Source: Octopus bimaculoides
Lineage: Eukaryota
Length of the DNA stretch: 64,000 bases
Assembly (NCBI RefSeq): GCF_001194135.2
Contig: NC_068994.1
Coordinates: 41,457,657-41,521,656 of the forward strand
Direction: 5' to 3'
Shown: piece by piece, positions 52,647 to 64,000 of the stretch
Position numbering within the stretch: the first letter of the stretch is position 1
Layout: each line of letters starts with the position of its first letter
Notes under the pieces: model-generated
What the model saw: the letters and a program-made list of their open reading frames with translations, nothing else
The model's database searches: none
What the model was told of the DNA's origin: nothing
Position numbers and translations under genes: made by a program

Positions 52647-53136
52647 AATTTAATTCATGAAATAGTAATATGTATTTTATTATTAATATTATTTTAGGCC
52701 TTAAGTCAATGAAAGAATCATTTATTTATTTATTTATTTATTTATTTATTATTAAATTTATCCCATTTAATCAGATATCAAATAAAAATATGATACATTA
52801 TGATTTTGATGTTTAGTGTTTTGTATCAATATTTATTGCAATACAAATCATAATTCTTAGAATTATGAATGGCACAGATACATAAAAAAAAAAAGAATTG
52901 GAGTATTAAAGGAAAATATCAATGAGAATTTCATCATAGTATTCCAGTATCTTTTTCTCAAATTCATTTGCTGATAGTTTTATCTCTTGAGGAAGTATGT
53001 ACTGGCTGTATACTAGGGGGACATTATATAACACAGTTGCCTGTTATGATTGTGAACTTATACCAGTAGAGTTAACTAATACAAGGCAAAGATATTTCCA
53101 CACGGCATTTAAAGTATATACCTATATGTATGTATA

Positions 53137-53172
<36 letters not shown>

Positions 53173-53182
53173 NNNNNNNNNN

Positions 53183-53219
<37 letters not shown>

Positions 53220-53447
53220 ATGTGTGCATGTATATATATATATATATATATATATAAACAGACACACACACTTAATCTCAGTTCCTTATTTGATTTAGCT
53301 ATTAAAGACATAGACAATGTTTACAAATATAATGATGACAGATTTTGGTTTGCATATTTTTGAGTAAATATCTATATTGCTGTGTTGTTATGAAACAAAT
53401 ATGAAAATCACACTAAAATATACCTATTTATGCGTGATGTGAACATG

Positions 53448-53479
<32 letters not shown>

Positions 53480-53529
53480 AACAAAGAAGAGAAATATAAC
53501 TCAGAACATATGTATAAGTGTTTGTACCT

Positions 53530-53574
<45 letters not shown>

Positions 53575-53945
53575 AACATCCCTGCGTGACTGCGGCTTTT
53601 GAGCTGGAGCTAGTTTAAGGGTTAAAGAGTAAATATAATATATATATATATATTGTTTTGCATGTGTCAGGTAAGTATATTTATTGAATTACAAGTAGAA
53701 ATATATATACATATAATGTGTATATCATTCACTTGTCTTTCCTTTTGTATAACTAATACATTATACATGCAGTCATCACTATAGATATAACTGTACATTT
53801 ATATATACATAATTATAGATATGTTCCTGTATACACAATTATGTCATTTTCTATTTCCATGTACTCATACACTACCTCCACATGCACACAAACCTGCACA
53901 TAATACATACACACACACAACACATACACATATACAATATATGTT

Positions 53946-53949
<4 letters not shown>

Positions 53950-54028
<79 letters not shown>

Positions 54029-55016
54029 NNNNNNNNNNNNNNNNNNNNNNNNNNNNNNNNNNNNNNNNNNNNNNNNNNNNNNNNNNNNNNNNNNNNNNNN
54101 NNNNNNNNNNNNNNNNNNNNNNNNNNNNNNNNNNNNNNNNNNNNNNNNNNNNNNNNNNNNNNNNNNNNNNNNNNNNNNNNNNNNNNNNNNNNNNNNNNNN
54201 NNNNNNNNNNNNNNNNNNNNNNNNNNNNNNNNNNNNNNNNNNNNNNNNNNNNNNNNNNNNNNNNNNNNNNNNNNNNNNNNNNNNNNNNNNNNNNNNNNNN
54301 NNNNNNNNNNNNNNNNNNNNNNNNNNNNNNNNNNNNNNNNNNNNNNNNNNNNNNNNNNNNNNNNNNNNNNNNNNNNNNNNNNNNNNNNNNNNNNNNNNNN
54401 NNNNNNNNNNNNNNNNNNNNNNNNNNNNNNNNNNNNNNNNNNNNNNNNNNNNNNNNNNNNNNNNNNNNNNNNNNNNNNNNNNNNNNNNNNNNNNNNNNNN
54501 NNNNNNNNNNNNNNNNNNNNNNNNNNNNNNNNNNNNNNNNNNNNNNNNNNNNNNNNNNNNNNNNNNNNNNNNNNNNNNNNNNNNNNNNNNNNNNNNNNNN
54601 NNNNNNNNNNNNNNNNNNNNNNNNNNNNNNNNNNNNNNNNNNNNNNNNNNNNNNNNNNNNNNNNNNNNNNNNNNNNNNNNNNNNNNNNNNNNNNNNNNNN
54701 NNNNNNNNNNNNNNNNNNNNNNNNNNNNNNNNNNNNNNNNNNNNNNNNNNNNNNNNNNNNNNNNNNNNNNNNNNNNNNNNNNNNNNNNNNNNNNNNNNNN
54801 NNNNNNNNNNNNNNNNNNNNNNNNNNNNNNNNNNNNNNNNNNNNNNNNNNNNNNNNNNNNNNNNNNNNNNNNNNNNNNNNNNNNNNNNNNNNNNNNNNNN
54901 NNNNNNNNNNNNNNNNNNNNNNNNNNNNNNNNNNNNNNNNNNNNNNNNNNNNNNNNNNNNNNNNNNNNNNNNNNNNNNNNNNNNNNNNNNNNNNNNNNNN
55001 NNNNNNNNNNNNNNNN

Positions 55017-55056
<40 letters not shown>

Positions 55057-55072
55057 TATATATATATTTATG

Positions 55073-55103
<31 letters not shown>

Positions 55104-55454
55104 ATATGTATGTGTATGGCAAGTTGGCAGATTTGTTAAAGCATCTGCTTCAAGGCAATTGTTATAATTCTGTGCATTGTGAGTTCACATCCTATCAAGG
55201 TCAACTTTACCTCTTGTCACTTTGAGGTTGATAACAATAAATCCCAATCCGAGATGATGGATTTGCAGAATTAGTAGTACGTCAGATGAAATTCCTTGTG
55301 GTATCTATTCTGGCTCTGTATATTGTGCCAGTAACACCTGTGATGTGACAGGTACCAATCTTTATCAACTACAGCTTTCCTTCTGGATACCACATACTGT
55401 GGGAATATGAGATTAAGTAGGCCCTACATGAGACACACACACATATACACATAG

Positions 55455-55491
<37 letters not shown>

Positions 55492-55978
55492 TATATATGC
55501 ATATATAAATGCATGCTTATACACAAACACACATATTCATATATTTAAATTCATATAATCAACATGCGTATTACATTCACATATGTATGTGTATGTATAT
55601 TAATATATATAAATATATGTATGTACATATGTGTGTATGTGGTGAGAGAGAGAGATAGAGATAGAAAGAGAGAGAGGTCAATTTTTTCACAATCTTTCTA
55701 GCTTTTCCAAGTTTAATATTATTGTATTTGCCTCCAAATATACCTTTCCATTTGACGTCTGCTAAAAATCATTTGTGCCTGTATGAATATTTATGTATAT
55801 TGTTTTGTATATGCATATGTGTATATGTGCATGTGTGTGTATATATATATATACATATATATATATATACACATATATATATATATACACATATATATAT
55901 ATATACACATATATATATATATACACATATATATATATATACACATATATATATATATACACATATATATATATATAT

Positions 55979-56051
<73 letters not shown>

Positions 56052-56561
56052 CATACACAAATATATACATGTGTATATAAATATACACACATATATATGT
56101 ACACATACATATACATAAATAAGACACCCACACACATGTATGTGTATCTGCGTGACTGCATCTGAGTATGTGTTTGCATATATAGTTGTCAGTACATGTA
56201 TATTTGGAAGTATGAGTCTCTATATACCTCTACATGTCTGAGTGTACCGGTGTATTTGTCTCTTTGCATATTTATCTATAATATAAGACACATCTCATCC
56301 GAAATACCATCTTAAATGTCCAATGCATGTAACCTAGTCAACTAATATCCACCACTCCATTACTCTAAAAGCATCTGATTTACAAATGATCCCTACATTA
56401 TATACCAAGAATAGGATTATAATGTCTCCTTGTATTATATAAAATATCTATTGTGCTATATCAATATATTGTAGATAATATCAATATAGAATTATCTGTT
56501 TGTAGACAACCAACACACACATATGGAAGTAACTTTTGCGGGGCCCTTCTGTTTTACCTTG

Positions 56562-56632
<71 letters not shown>

Positions 56633-57686
56633 GTATCTATATATATTTATATATATATATATATATATACACACACATATACATACATATATATATACAT
56701 ACATATATGTATATGCATGTATAATATATACATATATATGTATGCTAGCATGGAAAGCGGACGTTAAACGATGATGATGATGATATTTATATTTATACAC
56801 ACACACACACACATATTCATACATATACATTTATGCACATATACATGTATGACCTCTCTCTCTCACACACATACACACACATGCTCAGATGCGTGCACAC
56901 ACATACATACATACATATGTATATATGCAAAAACTGTAACAAGATATTTTTGTTTTTTTTTGTTTTTAGTATTGCTATTTTGAAATTAATTTTTCACAAG
57001 TTTTGTAAGAGTGTTTTGAAATATACATGAATAAAGTATTAAGTATCTTTTCAATATTTTTAAAAATTAACAAAATGAAATTTGCTCAAATTTATTTCAT
57101 TTACTTCACTCTTCGATTGATACCAAAATGAAAATAAGCATAATTTTTCAAGTGTCTTAAATTTTCAAATCTTGTTTTCATCTTATATTAAATATGTGAT
57201 GCTATTTCAGAGATTCACACACATTCACACACAAACACAGGCACACACACATATGCACACACAGAGGCATATTTAAGCATTTGCATGCATCTGTGCATAT
57301 GTGTGTGCGTATGTGTGTGTGTGTGTGTGTGTGTGTCTGTGCACATACAGTTATACCTATGCATATTTCAGTGTGAATGGGAATCTGTTGAAGCGTATCA
57401 TATATTCTAAAGCCTAAGAAAGAAGTTCTTTGCTTACTGGGACCTTTCCTGAAACTTTTTTTCATACATACACGCTCACACACACACATACACACACAAC
57501 ACACAGATACACAAATAAGCAAACACGTACAAACACACATTCGAATGCATTTATCTATGCATGTATTAAATCCTTATCTACATGTTTATACATATATATA
57601 TATATATTTCAAATTAACATCTTTAAATTATATATATATATATATGTATGTATGTATGTATGTATATGCGTGTGTGCGTATATGAA

Positions 57687-57731
<45 letters not shown>

Positions 57732-57934
57732 GTATATGTATATATATGTATATGTATATATATGTATATGTATATATATGTATATGTATATATGTATATG
57801 TATATATGTATATATGTATATGTATATATGTATATATGTATATATATATGTATATATATATATGTATATATATATATGTATATATATATTATATATATAT
57901 TATATATATATATATGTATATATATATATGTATA

Positions 57935-57966
<32 letters not shown>

Positions 57967-58114
57967 TCCATATACACTATATATATGTATGTAAATGTGT
58001 GTGTACACATACAGACACACAGACACATAAATATATATATATATATATATATATTCCATATGCACTATATATATGTATGTAAATTTGTGTGTACACATAC
58101 AGACACACAGACAC

Positions 58115-58152
<38 letters not shown>

Positions 58153-60003
58153 GTGTACATACATATATGTGTGTGTGTGTGTGTGGGAAGTTATTAGTAT
58201 ATGTATATATATATATATTTGTATGTTTATATAAATTACCTTATAGTTCCAAACAAATGGGAAGTACGTATATCCTACCTGCATTACATTATCCATTGGA
58301 ATTTTCTGCCGTGTAAAATAGTTTTCCTGTTGGTGAGAGTTCTTCCGTGACTGGCTGTCTTGTGTGTGACAACAGAATTATGTCGGTGAGTGTGTATAAG
58401 CATGTGTGTATGTGTGTAAATCTCTATTTGTGCCATCTATACTGATGTGTCTGTATGCATTAGATTGATGCACGCTTCAGCAACTGACTGGTTGAATGGA
58501 GTTTGTTGTGGTGGTGAAGAATGCAATTGGTTCTTTCTCTGCTTCACTTACCTAGGCAGCCTTCACATGTCTGTTCTGTGCTGCAGTGTGCTGCTCCGAT
58601 ATTCATATATACCCAACGTCATCCTACACCCACTCCACCCACCCATCCATACATTCAATAACATACTCTGATATCTCTATGAATATTCAATAATGACATT
58701 GTCTTTACAAAAATTGACACCCCACCGTCCGCCCACCGCACTTTCACAGAGGCAAAATGTGTTGCTAAAAATAGTTTTGGGTATAGATTTACGCAAAAAT
58801 CCAATATTTAATCAGAAAGAGAATCATGTTTCTTCTAACAAAAATCCATTCACCACTTGTGTCTGACCTGATATTTTATAAGCTTCCCAAACTCTTATTC
58901 ACTGGATAACTATAACTTAGAGTAAAGAAAATGTTTCCAACAAGCCTGAAAGTGGGTCAAAAATTCGCCACCTTGCAGCTGTTTGTTACCTCACTGATTG
59001 AGATTTAAAAGGGAGAAAAAAAAATTTAACTCAGAAAATAATTTAGATCAATTTTCTGAATAATAAAAGTGAAAAAGATATGAGGAAAGAAGTAAAACAA
59101 TAATGAAAGAAAGAAGTGAAAAAGAAGAAGAAACCTGCTACATCCAAAGATTAAGTCATTGATTTTTCAGCACTGAAGCATCTTTTTTCTCTTCTTTCAC
59201 TATTTTAGTTGTTTCCATAGATTTTATTCACTTGGGCCAATTTATTTCTTTAAAGTGCTTAAGCTACAGTAAAATTCTTGCATATTTATTCTTCATTTGA
59301 TAACATGTGTGCAACAAACACACAAAAATGCATCCTCGTGTGCATGCACATGCAGATGCACATGTACACACTTACACAAAACATGTGCACGCACAAATAT
59401 GTACACATGCACGCACAAACACACACACTCTCGCACTCACATAGAGTAAGTGGCAGAAACAGTACTGTGAAATTTCCGCAACACAGGCCACCACCAGCTC
59501 CTAGGATTCAGTTTCATCTAATACACACATATAAATATATAGTTACAGACACACATGCATATATATATATGTATGTATGTATATATGTATATATATTTAT
59601 ATATACATATATAGATATACATATACATATATGCTAATATCTGCACACACACCCTCAATATATATATACATATACATACACACACACATACACACACACA
59701 CATACACACACACAAATATATATATATATATATATACATACATTTCTATGTATATATGTATGTATGCATATAGATACATACATAAATGCCTACATGTATA
59801 TATGTATATGTATATGTGCATATGTGTGTGTCTATCTATATATATATATACACACATATATATNNNNNNNNNNNNNNNNNNNNNNNNNNNNNNNNNNNNN
59901 NNNNNNNNNNNNNNNNNNNNNNNNNNNNNNNNNNNNNNNNNNNNNNNNNNNNNNNNNNNNNNNNNNNNNNNNNNNNNNNNNNNNNNNNNNNNNNNNNNNN
60001 NNN

Positions 60004-60046
<43 letters not shown>

Positions 60047-60241
60047 CATACATATGCATGTGCCTATATGTGTGTGTATGTGTATGCATGTATAATTTAA
60101 AATATTTAGTGAAAGGTTTTAATGTTTATATATTTTCAAGAATTTATCTTAATTGATTCTTATTTTAATTATATATATGTGTGTGTGTGTGTATGTATAT
60201 GTACATATATATATATACATATATGTCTGTTAGTATATATG

Positions 60242-60276
<35 letters not shown>

Positions 60277-60300
60277 CCCCCACACACACAAACACACACA
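53950..60300. repeat. Microsatellite-dominated block: (TA)n, (TG)n, (TATG)n, an 18-bp (cacatatatatatatata)n array near 55850-55990, and an 88-bp tandem duplication at 57964-58140
   Basis: Read directly. Contains gaps 54029-55016 and 59864-60003. Confidence 0.95.
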
Positions 60301-61994
60301 CAGAGAAAACATAAGCGCATGTGGTGCATATGTGTGTGTGTGTGGTGTGTGTGAGGGTTTGTGCAGTTTTTCATCAATGCTACTGTAAAGCTAATAAACT
60401 CGTTCCCCCCCTCTTCCCCTCATCCTTGTGCTCCCTTTCACATCTTTTCACTTCAGTCCCCCTCAGAAGGTTTGCTATTTGAAAATTACAGCTTTTCCTT
60501 TAGCTGACAGAACTTAACTTAAAAATAGCTCTGGATTATGCTGTCCCTGATACATGGAACAGAATCCTTATGGAGTCAATAGAGAAAGAGGGAGATAAAA
60601 GAACAGCAAGAGAGAGAAAGACGGGGGGAGAGATGGTGCTACTGTAATTGTTTTTGTTTAGATTGTTTTAGCTGTGATTGATAGGGAGAAAGCAACAGAG
60701 AAAATTTTGCTCAATTTACTGTCAAAATAAATTATCTCACATTATAAAGCCAGGTCGTTTCAAGCAAGTTTGTAAAAAAAATATTACATCACTTTTAAGA
60801 AAAGAAGGCTAACAGTTCCTGTTATTCTTCTTTAAGACGCTGAAAAAGTGAATAATAATTGTTAAAGTCAGAACTCTGAAATCCTGATTTCAAGACTTTC
60901 AGAAAGTATTTTCACTTTTCCTGTCTTAAAGAAATTCTACAATAACAACAACAACAACAATAGTAGTGATGATGATGCCGATGACGATGATGATGGTGGT
61001 GGTGGTCGGGGGTAGTGGTGGTGGTGATAATGATGATGATGATGATGATGAAGAAAAATGTTGATGGTGTGGTTGTGGTGGTGATGGTAGTAGTAGTAAT
61101 AATAATAGAATTGCTATGAGATGATAGCTTTATGAAGTATAACAATGAGTCATATCATGTACCACGCTAGGTTATAAATCGTCACAAATGGATAACATTT
61201 CCTGGATGAGATTTATCTAGTTGGAAAATTTGGTAGCTGGAAGGGAATTATATGGATTCCAATCACATCTATGTATGTACGTGTGTGAGTGTATTCATGT
61301 GTGTGTGTGTGTGTGTGTACATATATGTATATTTTCATCATTATATATTAGAGATAGACGTAAACTCTGAACGAAAAGTTAACGCCAAGTGCTTTCAAAC
61401 AGCAATGCCCAATATGGTAACAGTTTCTCCTCAATTTGCATAGACAATTCTTCGTCACTTAAATTCAGAGAATCATTGATAACATCATTGTTAAACTGTA
61501 ACCTTCAATGCAATTGTTCCTAATAAGCAATATAAAATGAAAAAGCAAAAAATATATAATTCTCACTTTACAATCACCTGTTTCAGGCTCAGTCCTATAG
61601 CCACAGATCAGCCAATGCCTTTAGAGCAAATTTATTAGACACTCCCTCAAAAAGGTTTGTGGTCTCATTCCAATCTGATATTTTAATATTCTAGTAATTT
61701 CACACAAGTATGACAAATGAAAGTTAATTGCTTGATTGATGCTTTGTAATCCAAGTTATCCATCAACATGTATGTAATTAAAAACATTTTGATTTCAAGG
61801 GAGGTAAATATCTATTTTTGTAAGAAAGAATCAATCGACTTTTTGTCACTTTCTACTTAATGTGAGACACGATATAAAAATAGTTTTGTAAGCTAATCTC
61901 TTTAACCCATCAATTACACAATGCCATCATCACTTACCATGTTGATGTATTTCTCACCTGGTACAGTAAAGTTTAAATCTGCTTGTTAGGAATA

Positions 61995-62191
61995 TACAAG
62001 AGAGTGCTGAAAAGTTCCTGGCATTGGCTAAAAGAAATCCAGGAGAATAAGTTAATTATGATTTTATTCGCACACTTATTGCAGTGGTCCTTCAGTTTTT
62101 CTTAGCCCCTCAAAAGAACTTGGATGGTTGGGCATCCAGCCAGGTTTCTAACAAAACTCTTAATACCAGAACTTTCCAGCATCCCCTCATA
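61995..62191. mobile_element. Mariner (Tc1/mariner) MITE, ~195 bp, degenerate
   Basis: TIRs TA|caagagagtgctgaaaagttcctgg and ccagaactttccagcatcccctca|TA resemble mariner-type CGAGGGG...GAAAAGT termini. TA target duplications are present. Confidence 0.75.
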
Positions 62192-63255
62192 AGTACAGCA
62201 GCAATGCTACAGCACAGACTGTTGATAGTGCTTATGCCAACAGGTAAGTGCCTCTGAGGCACTCAGTGAGAATTCATTAATATTTGTGCTCTCTGTCTGA
62301 AATAATTTGTAATTCAGAGAGGAAGTAAGTATGACCGTGTCATTAAGAAACTTGATTTGAAACCATATAGTTTTAGGTTCAATCCCAGAGTTTGACACCT
62401 TAGGTAAGTGTCTTCTTCTATAGCCCCTCACAACCTTGTTACCAAACAGATGGTTGGACAAAATAGGAAAACAAGTCATACATATATTATATATGTACAC
62501 GCACACACACAAATGAGTTGCATCTAGGAGAAAAGACAGCTTAAATGGGTTTAGAAGCCAAATTCTGTAGGGAGGGCAAATTTTACTGTCATAACTTGGT
62601 TTTATGCTTATTTTGTTTTAAATTTGATTCACTAAATTGGTATGGCATTTACATGAAGATAAAACAGAACTTGAAAAAATATTTTGTTCTTGTGCTTGGT
62701 TGTGCTGAAGCATATTTTATTGTAAATCAGGAGGGTAAAAAAAATCTGGAATGGAGAGGGCATAACATTGATGAGTTTGTGAAAGGCGATGAAAGAATTT
62801 TAACAAAGGTTGCTGATTGGTTGATGAACCAAATGATTAATCAAACAATCAATTAGTTAATTAGTTAAACGATTAACCAATCAACTAATCATTATAAAAG
62901 AAGTGAAATGGAACCAGTGCATGTGTTTCATATTAGTATAATGATCCTCCCAAGATACAATAAAAGAGAAAAGTATATTTTCAATACAAAATTTAAAAAA
63001 ATTAAATTGTGATGGAAACATATTCAAAAAGAAACATAAACTAGTTGAAAGAGAATTATATTTTTAATTTCAAATATCTGAAAGGAAGAAAATACTGCTT
63101 ATGGAAAAACTGCTTTATAAAAATGAATAAATAGAAACACTCCTCTTCTACACCAAAGATTTGTAGGTAGATCAGTTAGAAATAGCCTTAGCCTTTTAAT
63201 ACCATTTCATTCACTTTCAGGATGCTTTATAGGAAATCTAAATGTACTACAGTGA

Positions 63256-63575
63256 TGGCGCATTGTTTAGTGGCTAGGGTATTTGGCTCACAATCGTAAG
63301 ATCATGAGTTCAATTCCTGGTGATGTGTTGTGTTCTTGAGCAAGAAACTTTATTTCACATTACTCCAAATTACTTAGCTGGCAAAAATGAGTAGTACCTG
63401 TACTTCAAAGGGCCAGCCTTGTCACACTCTATGTTATGCTGAATCTCCCTGAGAATTACGTTAAGGATCTACTTGTCTGTGGAGTGCTTGACCACTTGCA
63501 TGTTAATTTCATGGGCAAGCTGTTCCATTGATTAGATCAACTGGAGCCCTCATCATCATAACTGATGGAACGACA
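63256..63575 (+). mobile_element. tRNA-derived SINE, family C
   Basis: A-box-like tgtttagtgg, B-box gagttcaattcc, then gtgttcttgagcaagaaactttatttcac core. Confidence 0.8.
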
Positions 63576-64000
63576 ATTGTATCACATTACTTGGAGGTAG
63601 TTTGTTTTGTGGATCCTAGTGAATGTTGAAAATGGTGGAATCTGAACTCAAAACCTAAAGTAATGTAAGTATTGTAGTTGAAGCTTTAACAATTCTATCA
63701 AGAAATCTTTCTCTTTAATTAATGCGTAAAGTTTAGTGAAGGAGTGAGGTTAATGCTAGTGACTTTCACAGGGTCACCAAGATGGTGAGATGGGAAAGGA
63801 AAACCCTTTCTCTTCAGTTTCGACATTTTTGAGACAATGGTTGAAGAATAAAATGTATGAAGGAAGGAGAATATTGGATATACATAAAACAGGAACATTG
63901 AATGTAGAGGATTTGCGAAAGCTGGAAATTAATTGCAATAACAAGTCTAAACCATGCTCATTGGATAAACAGAACAATTTTGATGATGATGATGGTGAAG

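Noticed and set aside
63256-63330. tRNA gene (also heads at 25090-25170, 44880-44950, 51881-51950)
   Set aside because: A/B-box-like motifs continue into SINE bodies, and no complete cloverleaf with acceptor stem could be drawn.

Overview
AT-rich, microsatellite-dense, repeat-rich eukaryotic DNA with 7 N-gaps. The protein family and SINE landscape point to an octopus (coleoid cephalopod) genome; this is inference, not a database result. The only protein-coding gene I can support is one minus-strand protocadherin. The ORF track calls it as a single 839-aa ORF, but splice signals give a different model. A non-coding 5' exon (not located with certainty) splices to an acceptor at 22903. A large coding exon (ATG 22853 to donor 20466) encodes the signal peptide, six cadherin repeats, the TM helix and the proximal tail. 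A phase-matched 151-nt exon (16329-16179) carries a DFGHGWSEGD...YEEI motif, and a probable terminal exon follows (13197-13127), giving about 869 aa. The rest is tRNA-derived SINEs (at least 3 families plus an RTE-tailed family), decayed RTE, R4/Dong-type and Penelope-like retroelements, a mariner MITE, simple repeats and several foldback palindromes. The most striking unexplained structures are a ~760-bp near-perfect palindrome ~1 kb past the stop codon and CpG-retaining blocks ending in orphan minus-strand splice donors (12185, 34631, 58279). A six-fold amplified B-box-like 21-mer and Asn codons at Ca2+-binding positions, one A-to-I edit from Asp, are also notable. All other ORF-track entries appear to be microsatellite or repeat artefacts. 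Repeat boundaries were read by eye and are approximate.
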